A model generated the notes under the pieces. It did not search any database. It saw only the letters and a program-made list of their open reading frames with translations, and had not been told where the DNA came from. From Antedon mediterranea (lineage: Eukaryota; Animalia; Echinodermata): a DNA stretch of 64,000 nt. A program made the position numbers and the translations under genes. This document shows positions 25,901-40,405 of the stretch, in pieces; position 1 is the stretch's first letter, and each line of letters starts with the position of its first letter. The DNA is taken from the NCBI RefSeq assembly GCF_964355755.1, contig NC_092673.1, positions 1,426,001-1,490,000 of the forward strand, in the 5' to 3' direction.

Positions 25901-28202
25901 TTAAAATAGTATATAAAGAATCTTAAAGAAACATGTTTGTGGACCCATAAAAAACTTTTTCTGAATGTTGTGTGAAACGATTTCTTTTTTTTAGGCAAGT
26001 GAACGGGAGATCCTGTTGATAATGAGATGTTCGATTCTGGTGGCAGGTGCCATTGCTACTACACTAGCTATCACTATCGATTCAATCTACGGCCTCTTCC
26101 ATCTTTGTTCCGACTTTGTCTACGTCATTTTATTCCCTCAACTTCTCTGTGTTGTGTACGTCGAGTTCGCAAATACTTACGGTTCCATTTGTGCTTACTT
26201 CATTGGTTTACTGTTACGACTCGGAGGTGGTGAAGAGATCCTTGGTCTGAAGTCATTTATAAAATATCCATATTACGATGAAGCAGAAGATCTCCAGCTA
26301 TTCCCGTTCCGTACGTTTTCTATGCTCATCTCGCTTGGAACACTGCTGTCCGTGTCTTACCTAACTCGCTACCTTTTCACTAAGGAGATTTTAGCCAAAG
26401 AGTACGATGTTTTGAGATGTGTAACTAACCAACCGGATCCAGAAGATGCTCCTAAAATTACAATGAAAACAATAGGTAGGTTCCACATTCTTTATACCAA
26501 AATTTACTTTTTATTTTGGCCTTTTGTTACCTTGCACATGTTTTCTTTATTTAATCTTTATTTGTTGGATGTCAAGTATTACACACCGAGTTCGGATATT
26601 GTGTTTAGTAGGCTAAACAAAGTAAATTGACTTTTCTTTAAATTTATTTCTTGTTTAACGTACGTTTTATTAAATACTGTGTCTTGTTTTTAATCTTTAT
26701 CATATTTTGTATGTTATTTTTTTGCTTGTGGTATGCGTATTTTTTCAAAGTGAAATCCCAACTAAGTTATAAGTTATTTTATCGGCTTTGTAGAGAATAA
26801 AGAAAGTTTCCAGGCACAGATGCTTCTATAATTTATGGTTTGAACCAGGTGACTCTTTTATTTATCAAAATGCACTGGAATAAAAATCATCATATATAAT
26901 AGCCATCAATGGATGTGAAGACATCATTTATCACAATCAACTATTACCGTATACTGCCCCCATATGTGTTTGTCTTTATTCATTGAATTTCACACTTCAC
27001 GCATGTATGATTAAACACAATTATTATTATTTACACTGCATATCTAAAGGCTTTTTTATTCACTTTCTTGCCTTTCGTACAATAGAAACTATTCAGATAC
27101 CGCAAATGCATTTTGTTTGTCAAACTAATTTGAAGATGGAACACTCTACGCCCAAATTGCATGCACAAATCTGTGAAGTGCAATTATTATTTTTGGTCAC
27201 CGCAGCGTCATTTTGACGATATCTGCGCGCGCGTGCGTACAAAGGTGAAATTGAGGGTGAAAAAAGTCGCATCCAATAGAAAATAGGCCTTCATTAAAAT
27301 CGCATGTGCGATTTGTGGAGTTAGCTGTATAGCGTTATAAAGTCAGGATCTCTGTAATTGCAAAACTTGTTTTCACTCTCTCATATAATAATAAAGCATG
27401 CTGCATAATTCACCCATGGAGGTATAAAATAGATACCTCCATGATTCACCGACCTTCACAATCATACAATGTAACTCTCACACTTCACAGTAATGCACCA
27501 CCCCGTTTAGTCATGGTTTGTGACGTCATTCCACAATTCTTAACAAACTCATGTTAAAATATAATTGTACTAATCGCATGGATATTTGTATCAATTTCCG
27601 CGTAACTTTTTATGCAAACGTAAATCACAATTGTTATTCCCATAATCGGCCACCTTGTTGTTGGCAAATTCCTCTTTGGATAAATGTAAATGTGATCTCA
27701 AAAGAGTTCCGGGAGCAAAACAAATCATATAATCTGCCAACTTCTACCGCAATTCATTTAAGTTCATTCATTCATATTGTGTGATTGTATTGTAGGTGTG
27801 ATTGTATTGTAGGTGTGATTGTATTGTAGTTGTAATAGGACGAACACCTACTCGTTAAAATATGACATGCTTGTCCCAAGAAGCCATAATACCTATACCA
27901 AGCCTCATTGGTCAACAAAATACTGAGTTGTTTGCACAGTTTATATTTGATTGTAGTCGAACACCTACTCGTTCAAATATGACTATTCTTTTCTCCTAAA
28001 TCCCCCACATTTCCTCAAAAAATGGATGTTATAAATAGTTAGGCCTAATAGCCCAAGGCTGGAATTAATATTTGTTTTTCCCTCTTTTTTTTTAGAGTTT
28101 GACAACGAAATACCTGAATTAAAAGATGGAGAAAAACCAAAGGGTGTTTATAATGGAAATTTCAATGGCATGGTGAACCCTGGTGCTGAGATTGAGTTTT
28201 AA
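19993..28202 (+). CDS. SLC5A7: High-affinity choline transporter 1-like (SLC5A7/CHT1), paralog B
   Basis: Exons 19993-20158, 21049-21156, 21523-21678, 22022-22170, 24804-24929, 25109-25262, 25520-25725, 25995-26475, 28096-28202. Same intron positions and motifs as paralog A; ends …NPGAEIEF* versus …NRGAEIEL* in A. Confidence 0.93.
20970..21045. repeat. (TTA)n microsatellite abutting a splice acceptor
   Basis: The ttattattatt… run ends at tattacag|ct (exon starts 21049). Confidence 0.9.
21852..21963. repeat. 15-bp tandem repeat (GATGGGSCATATCAA)n
   Basis: About 6 direct copies. Confidence 0.8.
25758..25888. mobile_element. Small MITE with AGCTCTGTCTAC TIRs (relatives at 15694-15759 and 21683-21810)
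   Basis: agctctgtctac…cacatcacattttttgtcacataaagtttgatagtgtaaacagagct; the same ends recur at the other two sites. Confidence 0.65.
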
Positions 28203-28928
28203 TCAAACCACCAGCCGCTAAGTATGTCATTTCTGTCTTGCAGTTCAGTGCAGACCACCACCGTTGGGGGCGCGCATACAGAGCGGGAGTTCTGCACTTA
28301 CGGTTTGATAACTGTGACATTATTGTCTCAAATTGTTTTATGCGAAATTGTAAATATATATATATATATTATTTTTCCTCCTGCCAGGGAGATTACTCGA
28401 ATACATAGAATTGCAATAAGTAGATTTAAATAAGTATGCATGTTTGGTGAATGTAGTACTGTACTTAGTAGTAGTGTATAAAAAAAACCAAATAATACTT
28501 ATCCATGTGTGTTTTAACCCTACTACCTATTATAAATTATCCATGGCCTTAACATACCCTCGCACACATCGCTGATATTTAAGTTTTACAAATAAATGTA
28601 TATTGATTTATACTGTTTTGAATTCTCATTTTTCCAGATTTCAATAATCAATCTTAAGCCACGTTTACACTGACAAAACATTTGCTTGCAATTTTTTGTT
28701 GTAAAAACACTGATTCCAATTCTTCAATGTGTCTCCGGTATACATCTTGTAACAGAATGCGCACAATATTCGTATTTGTTTTGTGTAAATTAATGTACTG
28801 TATATAGAATCATGATATTATGAATTTGTTAATAAAGTTGTTTTGCTTTCTTCTTAAAAGTTTTTTATCTTCTATTTAATGTCAAAGATCTATCAGCTGA
28901 TGATATACAATCTTTGGTTATGTTATAC

Positions 28929-29014
28929 CACGCCCACTGATAAAGCACGTGACGGTAACTTTGAACCAATGACGTTTAAGGAGATTACGCGACCCGTTTT
29001 CTGACCATATTTGG
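28929..29014 (+). promoter_or_regulatory. Actin proximal promoter: GC box, GATA site, E-box and CArG box
   Basis: ccacgccc, tgataa, cacgtg and CCATATTTGG (29005-29014, a CC(A/T)6GG SRF site typical of actin promoters) upstream of a CpG-rich region. Confidence 0.65.
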
Positions 29015-29556
29015 TATGAATTTGACACTAAAACGCGCCGTTGGATGGGGCGCGCATAGCTGGAACAACCACACCACGCGCACATTTTTGTTTCACACGT
29101 ACCACATGCGCGCCGAGGAGAAGTCAAAAGTAGTCGTTTTTAACAAGATTTCAGACTGTATTGTTAGTTAGTGGCATAGAGATTACTTTCAACGTTAGAA
29201 CTAAAGTTTATTGTAGGTTTTTATTCTAGTTATACCTAGGCCTAGGCATTATTTCGTTAAATTACAAAAGTCAAATTAATAATCGACCAACCACCATGCG
29301 CGGCGCCGGCAATAAGGACAGGCGGTGGTCGACGGCGGGTGAGAAGGGTGGATGAGAGTGCGAGCGGCGGGCGAGACAGGAGGCGGAGATCTCTTTCATT
29401 AAGCCTAGCCTAGGCCTACACGCTTACCTAGCTAGGTAGGTTAATCTAAAGAAGGTCATATGTATACTAATGTTTTTCATCAAAATTAAACATTTTAAAA
29501 AGGTCCTACAAGCAACACTGTTTTTACAACTACAATACTACTACACCACTTGCTAG

Positions 29557-31988
<2,432 letters not shown>

Positions 31989-32585
31989 ATAATCTCCACC
32001 TAAAGCCATTTGGCGCCAATAATCGGTAGCAAAACAAATAAAGGTCATACGGGAAAAAATGTATTGTTGACATTTTGATTTTTACTGAATATTATGTCAA
32101 ATTGTGTTGTGTTCGTAATTAACTAACGTTTTTAATGCAATTCAAAGCTGCGGTTTTTCTATTTGAAATATAGTGAACGCCTCACTCATTGTATCAGAGC
32201 AACTAAGCCTACTCTTTATGGTTGAATAATTGTTGTATAATAATTGTTTTGAATTAAAATTGTTCTCAGCTATATATTTTATTTATTTATTTCATTTCTA
32301 TTTCCTGGTATAAAAAAACAAAAACAGGACCGACGCAGCGGTAACAAAAACACAGACAAACAGATTCTACAATTAACGATTCAAGAAGTACTGTACCCTC
32401 TAGGTACTGTACCATCTAAGTACTGTACCCTCTAGTTACTGTACCATCTAAGTACGGTACATTGTTATATTTTAATCCCTGCTGCATCTTATTTATTCAT
32501 TTATGACATATACAGAAACGGTGTTAACACCACATGATAAAAAGTCAATCGCGAGCAGTAAGGTAAACTGAATTTTCGGAATAAA

Positions 32586-34559
32586 TCAAATGATTTCATC
32601 CGATAGAGGACAAACATAAGATACTTGCGTGTAGTTTGTCCATACTTCCATCAATTTAAATGAAGTGTTAAACCCATGAACAGTCATGGATGAGATCAAC
32701 GAGCAATGATCGCTTGGGCCACCGTAGTTTTTGAACTGTTCGATCATAGTCGGGACAACCCCAACTTTCTTAGCTAATATCCCCTGGAACGCGTCATCAA
32801 TCGGTAACAAAGGCGTTTCTAGCGACGCTTTATACATAGCTGGTATGACGTCTACCGAAATGATATAACCGCCGCCGCTGCAATACGGTGGAAAGAACTT
32901 CCCGGAATAAATCTTTTCAGGTATATAATACTTAGATGTTGGTCTCCGAACCGTTATGCTTTTACGCATAACCTGGCCTAAATAAAATGGTCGTGGTATT
33001 ACCTTTTGCTGCAAGAAGTGAACAATACGTTTAAAATTAACAAACATGTCGTCGTCACCTTTATAAAAGTAGTGAGCGTGGTTACAGTAACGCTTCATCC
33101 ATTTCAGTCCGACTACAACTTTTAAACTAAGGTTTTTAAAAGATTCTATACAATTATACTGAATGATATCATTATATTCAGACATTTCCGTCGATATTAT
33201 TCGTTTATGTAGGTCAGCATTCTCTTGTGGAATACCCATAACAAAAAGGATTCGTATATTGACATTGTCTATTTTTCGAAATTTTCCCCAGGTTAGCCGA
33301 ATTGCAGTGCGTCGTTCATAATTGCCAGGTAACGAACTAATGAGTGCTACCAAATGCCTCTCATCTGAGTCTGTTTCAATATCTTCACACGCATGCTCAT
33401 TTGCATGAATCAACTGTAAAGTCTCTTCAAAATATTGTTTGTTTGAAACATTGTAAGTAAGCACCACATTTAAATCCGGGTTATCGCACGTTTTTAAAAA
33501 TGATGTACTGGATACGTTTCTCCAAAATTCTACGTGCGACATTTCTGAAACCATTCCCTGAGAAGTTACCATGTTGTGTATGTCACATGCTAATGCATTT
33601 TTTTTCGAAAATAAATTGTTGTTAAATATTTTCATTCGTCCCTCATTATATTTGTCTAAAAACACCGCTAGAAACAAATCGATTCGAGAAATAAATGACG
33701 CACTTTTCGCCACTTGCAGAATTTGTTCAACAGCAGTTGACGTCAGCAAAAATCCCGCATCCTTCGCACAATATGGCGGCAATGTCCTGTCCGTGTATAT
33801 TTTATCGGAAACATAGTTAACAGAATCTGGTCTTTTTGTGACCTTTCTGTTGACCTCTAAGCTACCCATCCAAAAGCTTTTAGGGTAGTTACTTAAATTA
33901 ACAATAACTTTATTTACCAACACATCAACGTTGACAAACATATTGTCTTGTACCATGATAACATATGGTATGTCGTGTGCTGACGTCAACAATGTCCATG
34001 TTAACCCTGTTAATGCTTTCAATGAATTATTGTGAATATTGTCAACAAAATGTCCTTCTAAAATATCCTGTTCGGATGATTTTTCTTGTTCGATTTTAGC
34101 TGCCAACGACACGTCATCCTGAACCCCAATGACGAATACCAAACACACTTGATGTTGCGATAGCACCTCTGAATTGGCCCAACTGTTACGAATAGCTTTA
34201 CGTCGTTCAATATTCCTTCGAATAGAATTCACAAGAACAATGACGTTATTTCTGTACTTATTGCAAGGTATTAAAGGTGAAACATAGCTAACATTTCTTA
34301 TAAAATTTTGAAAATTAGATTGTTTATGTTGTTCTAATGCAACGGGTTCACGAGTTTGTTGATTCCCTAAAGTATGTCGTCCTTTTATGTAAGATTTCCG
34401 ATGGTCAATCTGATGGTCAGCCGTTTGTTGTACCGATAAAAGTGAGAATACATCGGTTGGTGTACTCTGATAGAAAACTCCAATCCAGGCATGCATACAT
34501 GCAAGACATATTGTACATATAAATAGTTGTAGCGTCGTTCCAAATCTTCGGGTAGTCAT
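32586..34559 (-). CDS. Type II membrane GT31 (beta-1,3-galactosyltransferase-like) protein with two tandem Galactosyl_T domains
   Basis: Single coding exon; first ATG at 34559 (the ORF track start at 34607 is GTG). N-terminal TM helix; RRxAIRxxW, F(V)xG, D..NLSLK, KGDDDMFVN, PPYCSGGGY and IDDAFQG motifs, with a degenerate first set. Acceptor near 34616 and an upstream UTR-exon donor near 35175. Confidence 0.88.
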   Translation of the reverse strand: MTTRRFGTTLQLFICTICLACMHAWIGVFYQSTPTDVFSLLSVQQTADHQIDHRKSYIKGRHTLGNQQTREPVALEQHKQSNFQNFIRNVSYVSPLIPCNKYRNNVIVLVNSIRRNIERRKAIRNSWANSEVLSQHQVCLVFVIGVQDDVSLAAKIEQEKSSEQDILEGHFVDNIHNNSLKALTGLTWTLLTSAHDIPYVIMVQDNMFVNVDVLVNKVIVNLSNYPKSFWMGSLEVNRKVTKRPDSVNYVSDKIYTDRTLPPYCAKDAGFLLTSTAVEQILQVAKSASFISRIDLFLAVFLDKYNEGRMKIFNNNLFSKKNALACDIHNMVTSQGMVSEMSHVEFWRNVSSTSFLKTCDNPDLNVVLTYNVSNKQYFEETLQLIHANEHACEDIETDSDERHLVALISSLPGNYERRTAIRLTWGKFRKIDNVNIRILFVMGIPQENADLHKRIISTEMSEYNDIIQYNCIESFKNLSLKVVVGLKWMKRYCNHAHYFYKGDDDMFVNFKRIVHFLQQKVIPRPFYLGQVMRKSITVRRPTSKYYIPEKIYSGKFFPPYCSGGGYIISVDVIPAMYKASLETPLLPIDDAFQGILAKKVGVVPTMIEQFKNYGGPSDHCSLISSMTVHGFNTSFKLMEVWTNYTQVSYVCPLSDEII

Positions 34560-37500
34560 TATAAAAGTTATATTGATTTTTCTAACTTTAGTAACGATCT
34601 TCTTCACTTTTCAATCTATAAAAAAATAATAGAACTCATCACACTTTAAGAAAAATTGGAATGGAAAATTGTGGATGCAGTTTAACTCAGGGGCCGTAGT
34701 CACCACAGTGATATTTTTTAAAACTCATGTTTATTTTAATTGAAGTCCTCGAGGTAAAACAAAAGTTTAAAATCACACATGTAGCCTACGTCTGTTACTT
34801 AATGCCACGTAATGCATTGAATATAACTTAACAGTACTTTAAAGCATACATGCGTCATAAAATTAGGAAGTTAGCAGCTAGTATAGACAAAAATACCACA
34901 ATGTGTAATTGGTCCGAGCTAGATATGATAATAATGTTGTATCCCTACTGTAACAACATGCTGTACCTCGAGTTGTAAACTCCATGAATACGACCAAACC
35001 TGGTAATAACAATTGTACTCCTTTGTTTAAAAGGTTTGGCGAAACCAAATATTAGTGCAACGTTTGTCAACAACAATCGTAACTAATAATACCTATTAAA
35101 GTAGACCTGATCATTATATTTTTATTAATTTAAGAAGTACCATAGGCGTAACTATTTATGAGTGGGTGTACTTACCTGTTTTCTGTTTGCGTTTCGTCTT
35201 GCGTATGCCTTTAATTCTATTGAATCTTTTGACAGGTAAACAAGCCCTTTGTGTACAAATCTTTTATATTTCTCAAGCTTCAGCGATTTAAATATCCCAT
35301 TCGACTTAAAAGCCACAATGCTTTTGAATTTCTTTTTAGGGTTTTGACGCGCACTCGTTCATGGACTTTAACCTTTGACCGCATAATTTAGTGACGTCTA
35401 ATAATTCTGGCCAGCTCTATCTATATTTTTGTTACATGAAATAAATTACAATATAGATTTATATTGTCATTTCGCTAGTCGGTAGATAAAAATTCCGTAG
35501 CCAGGATTTTTACAGGGGGGGTTCTTTTTTCCCAAAAAGGCCCCGCTTATAGGAATTACCTCCGGTGTAACCAGCTTATATGATTTAATATCAAACGATC
35601 AAAACACCAATGATATTGATCACCAGCCACAAGAGCACCCCCCTCTCCTAAGAGTTTCCTGCCCCAGGACCTTGGCCTCATCATGGTTGGGGAAAGGGTA
35701 AGAAAAATTGGAAAAGATAGAGCGCTACATACAGGGGCGGTCGCAGACTCCCAGGACTATTTTAAGAGGATTGCCCAAAGACTCCAGTGCTGTAGACAAT
35801 GAGTATTTGAGCAAGAAAATTGTTAAATGACACCCCTACATGGTACTCTCGCACGTAAAATTCATAATAAATTGCACCTCTAGTTCGACGGAAATGTCAC
35901 TCACTCTATAGTGCGCTAGCAAACAGAGGATCGTAGCATAATGTTATTCGACCGGTAATAAAACATACGCGACTAACAATAGGCCTATAGGATAACATTT
36001 TTGTTTTCGTTCAATGCGAACGTCACGGGGAAGTTCCCGATGAGGGTACTTCTGGTACGGTATTACATCTAATAACTGTACTCAATTATTGTAAATTTAT
36101 TATCAATTAATAATTTTAAAAAGTTATACAAAAAATATGAAGCTGCTGCTATAAAATACTGCGCAAAACGTTAAATGGTGTTATTTTCAATTAAATGCTA
36201 AATAAGGTCAGATGTTAAAACCACAATTTCAAAAATTCATTTTTTATTTATCCACTATAAACTTTTAAAAAGTGTTGTTTAAACCACACTCCAAAATAAA
36301 ACAAAGAAAATTATGATATGATATTTGCAGAAGGAAGCAAACTTTGCTCTGCTACCGGTATAACACGGTTCAAATTTTGGAACTTCCATAAATTACTACG
36401 GAAATTCGGCCTAATATACGGACGTATGGAAGTGAAGATAAATAGAGTACTACACGCATCGGAAAAAAAACTATACGCACAATTATGATTTGGTCTAAAA
36501 ATTGGCCTTAGATTATAGAAAACCCCCGGCAAAACGCAATAATTATGGACAAATCGATTATCAGCCTTGGTAACATATGCCTAATATTTAAAAGGAATGA
36601 ATATAAGCTATATTTTTGTTTTGTCGCAAAGTTCATATGTAAATGCTTGATCCATTAGAGGTAATCTGTGATAGTTTTTATTGCTTGTATTATAACAAAA
36701 GTTCATTTTGGATTTTCAGTAAATTACCAATGGTTTATTTAAGGTCAACACTGTAACTAATCCCTCACTATATTCAATCAAAATGTTTATTATACAGTAC
36801 TACTATATTGTTGAAAAATGGATTGCGTGATATTAAAATGGATTGCGTGATATTAAAATGAATTGATGTAAAACGTAACAAAGATACGATATTGTCTGGT
36901 ATTCATGCACTGATGAAGCGGAGGATTGTTTTTGTAGCGTTCCATTTAAAAGAAACATTTTGGTTGTGAAGGTCGCTAAATTTTGGCGCCAGACTTACTT
37001 CTTTTATCAATTTTAACAATAAGCTAACAACAAAACATTGAACAATGATAAAATTCCGTAAAACTCTGTATCTACTTACAAGTTCCGAGTTTGCTCAGCT
37101 ACCGACGCGGTTAATTCTGAAATTCGGCCTAATATTACGAACGTATACGGAAATAATGAAGATAAACTGGGTACTTACACGGAAAAATAAAACTATACGC
37201 AAAACTATGATTTGGCCTTAAATTATGAAAAAACGCAATAATTATGAACAAATTGACGACCCATATGACGGGTTTTTCCCGAACACAGTGTGTGTTGGCA
37301 TCCTTTCGTACCTCTCATCAAGAGAGAGATAGGCCTACATCTCCCTGCTCTCTGACGCGCGCACCACAAGAAACTAGTCAATCAGAAATTTGTTCTGCGT
37401 ATGCTTAGAAACTTATCTACTTTTATCTGTGCGCGGTATAGTAGGACTATTGGTGACTGCTGTGCCAATTTACAAATATTCTCTTTCAGACTGGACTTCT

Positions 37501-38126
37501 ATAACGTATAAATATGGATATAGTATACGAAGAAATGGGACTCAATTTTAATTTAGTGGCAGAAACAACATTTAGTATGAAATTAAGGGTGTTGCCCGGG
37601 CCACTAAGGCAACACTCCTGGGTCCGCCCCTGGGGGATAAAGACCGAATTGAGAAGGTGCTGGGTAGAGCGTGGAAAGTAATTGGTTTGTCTATGCAAAC
37701 GCTTCACTGTACAGCGAACGGCTTGCCGATGTATTCCATGCTATATTGGATGATACCAATCATTCTCTTCATGGCGACATTATCAGCTCCGTTTTGCATT
37801 CGCTATATTATAACGTTTTGATGCAAACGTTGTTCAATTAGAATGTATTTCTACACAGAAACGTTTAAAACATTTTAGAAAAACCAAACCTAAAAACATG
37901 CAATGTCAAACGCTGTGTTGGGGAACAAAATGGTACAGATTCATTGACAAAATTATAATGTTTATTTGTTTTACTGATTACCTAATAATCAGTATGTGAT
38001 AGATCTTATTAAATGTACTACTGTCATCTTTATTAAATGTACTACTGTGTTATCGCTAGGTAAATTATATTTTTTATTTGTAACTGGAATAAAAACTTTC
38101 TTATATATATATATATATATATATAT

Positions 38127-38390
38127 AAGCCACCCTGGCTCCCTTTGTTATATTTCTTTTATTCCTGTCCACCCAGGCAGCACTTGCCAGCTTTATACTC
38201 TGACGTTATCCAAATTCCTTCACTTGCACTGATGAAGGGCTAGTGTTGCCCGAAAGCTCTGCTAACTTTTCTGGCTGTTTACTTTATCGTTTTGATTTAG
38301 CTTTTCGCTTTTTATTTTTGTATCTCCATTGAGATCCAGCCACTGATACCCACAGCATTGTCATTTTTTTCAGTAATTTGCCTTTGGATT
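38127..38390 (+). mobile_element. Penelope-like pseudo-LTR fragment inserted in (TA)n
   Basis: Flanked by (TA)n on both sides; carries a hammerhead core followed by a T-rich tail, as in PLE pLTRs. Confidence 0.6.
38224..38264 (+). ncRNA. Minimal type I hammerhead ribozyme
   Basis: gca-CTGATGA-a-gggc tagtgtt gccc-GAAA-gct-c-tgc: intact core, stem II, short palindromic stem III. Confidence 0.75.
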
Positions 38391-38521
38391 TATATATATA
38401 TATATATATATAAACAAATCAGGCAAAGAACATTAATTCTAAACCGCCCGGTGATATACTGAAATTTAATTAATTAATTTGAAACGATAAAGATAAGGAA
38501 ATCTGTGAGAATGAGAAAAAG

Positions 38522-38594
38522 TCGCCCCAACCGAGACTCGAACTCGGACCGCCTGCTTGAAATGCAGATGTCCTAACCATTAGACCATGGTATT
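38522..38594 (-). pseudogene. tRNA-Glu(TTC)-like sequence inside a ~350-bp repeat element (38412-38766)
   Basis: Minus strand TGGTCTAATGG (A box)…TCTGC ATTTCAA GCAGG…CCGAG TTCGAGT CTCGG (B box/T arm), then TTTTT. The acceptor stem pairs only 3 bp, so it is not a functional tRNA. Confidence 0.65.
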
Positions 38595-39316
38595 TCATGG
38601 TATTGTTCGAACTCGATTGGATAGCGACTCTTTAACATTCTCGGCGTGGGTACGGCGGAACAGCGCTAGTCCTCAGTTGTACGCACGCGCACCAGAGATC
38701 AAATTGATACGCCCTCATCTTACAGTATTTTTATTCACGAGGCGGGATCTCCGAAGAGATACTTTTATATATATAAACATATATATATATATATATAAGA
38801 AAGTTTTTATTCCAGTTACAAATAAAGCCAAACTAGAACCCAAGTACGGTAATAACATAGGATTGTACAGGGATGACGGACTCGCGGCATTTAATGAAAC
38901 TCCTCATGTTATTGAAAAAATAAAAAAAGATCTCTGCAGCACATTCAAAGAACATGATCTAAAGATAACGATCGAAGCGAATAAGAAAATTATAAACTAC
39001 CTAGATGTAACGCTTAATCTCAACGATGGAAGCTATAAGCCTTACTTGAAGGAAAACAACAAACCACGCTACGTTCATTGCAAAAGTAATCATCCAGCAT
39101 CAATAATTAAGAACATCCCTGAAGGCATAAACAAAAGATTATCAAACATTTCTTCGAATGAAACTGTTTTCAATGAATCAAAGAAACCGTACCAAGAAGC
39201 CTTGTATGAAAGTGGATACGACCACAATCTGAAGTACAACCCGACCAATATACCAGCGCGCAAAATAGCATGAAGAAGACAAGGAAAAGAAATATCATCT
39301 GGTTCAACCCGCCTTA

Positions 39317-39786
39317 TTAATTTTGGCCGCCATCTTGGAACAGAGTACCTGCATATTAGATAATATATACTGAATCAGTTTTACTGACCCAGACAATATT
39401 GATCCAGTACCCAATTTGTGGCTATTTACAAATTTATAGCCAGAGATACAATAATAGTCTAATTTAATGGCGGCCATTTTGTATTTTGGCCGCCATCTTT
39501 GATCTGGTGATCCTTATTGGATAATATGCACTCAATCAGTTTTACAGACTTGAAAATTATTTGTTTTGTTTAGCTAATTGGTCTATTTGCAACTTTACAA
39601 CTAGAGATATAACGATAGTCCAAATAACTGGCGGCCATTTTGGATTTTGGCCGCCATCTTGAAAAATCGGAAACTATTTCGGTGGCTCCTAGGCAAAAAT
39701 CAATCAGTAGGTCAAAACGAAGCCTCATGCCAAATTTGGCGCTTTTGTCCGCCGTGTAACGATTAAGTCGCTAAGCCACCTGACTA
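39317..39786. mobile_element. Unclassified non-autonomous element inserted in the PLE ORF
   Basis: Interrupts the PPY|S codons, is flanked by TTA, and has repeated ggcggccattttg…ttttggccgccatctt motifs. Confidence 0.6.
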
Positions 39787-39789
39787 TTA

Positions 39790-40405
39790 AGGCCAATTTA
39801 CACAGACGAGCGGTAACGGTAAGCGGTAAAGTTGAGCGGAAAACGCAAAAATAGAATCTATGTTATTTCTTATGACCATTTACACAGAACGCGGAGCGGA
39901 CGAGCGGTTGAGCGGAAATCCGCTCAGGATCGAAACAGATTCGATTTTGTGAAATTACCGCGCGGTAATTATGAATTCTGGCCAACCAACGATATGATTG
40001 AAATGACGTCATCTATAAACAACTTTTTTTTTGCGTCCGTCGAGTCAAAGACGACAATAAATACGAGTGCCGTAGTAGGCCTAGCCTATTTTGCAACTTC
40101 TTTTTATTCAGAAATACAAACACCTACGACGTGAATAATTGTTTGTATAAGGATAGTGAAAAGAAAATATACATTTTAGTACGTTATTAGGCAACAAGTC
40201 CCTCTAAAACTTAGATCTGTGTGTGCTAGGCCTACTGGCAGTCAGTCACACCCTGGCCAGCAGTGACTGTAACATGCATTAGCCTCGAGGCCTACACGCA
40301 CCACTCCGTTCGCGAACTCCGCGCGCTGTGTAAATGGGAAAAGCCACGCGGCTTTTCGCTTACAATTACCGTTTACCGTTACCGCTCGTCTGTGTAAATT
40401 GGCCT
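39790..40405. mobile_element. PIF/Harbinger-type MITE, 616 bp
   Basis: Perfect TIRs AGGCCAATTTACACAGACGAGCGGTAACGGTAA; TTA target-site duplication at 39787-39789 and 40406-40408. Confidence 0.88.

Noticed and set aside
34560-34607. ORF-track N-terminal extension MKKIVTKV…
   Set aside because: Starts at GTG; in a eukaryote the first ATG, at 34559, is the likely start.
36905-36945. tgcaCTGATGAag as a further hammerhead
   Set aside because: No stem II or GAAA follows; at most a truncated remnant.
38522-38594. Functional tRNA, or tRNA-Sec (TTCAA in the loop)
   Set aside because: The loop register gives TTC, not TCA; there is no long variable arm; the acceptor stem does not pair.
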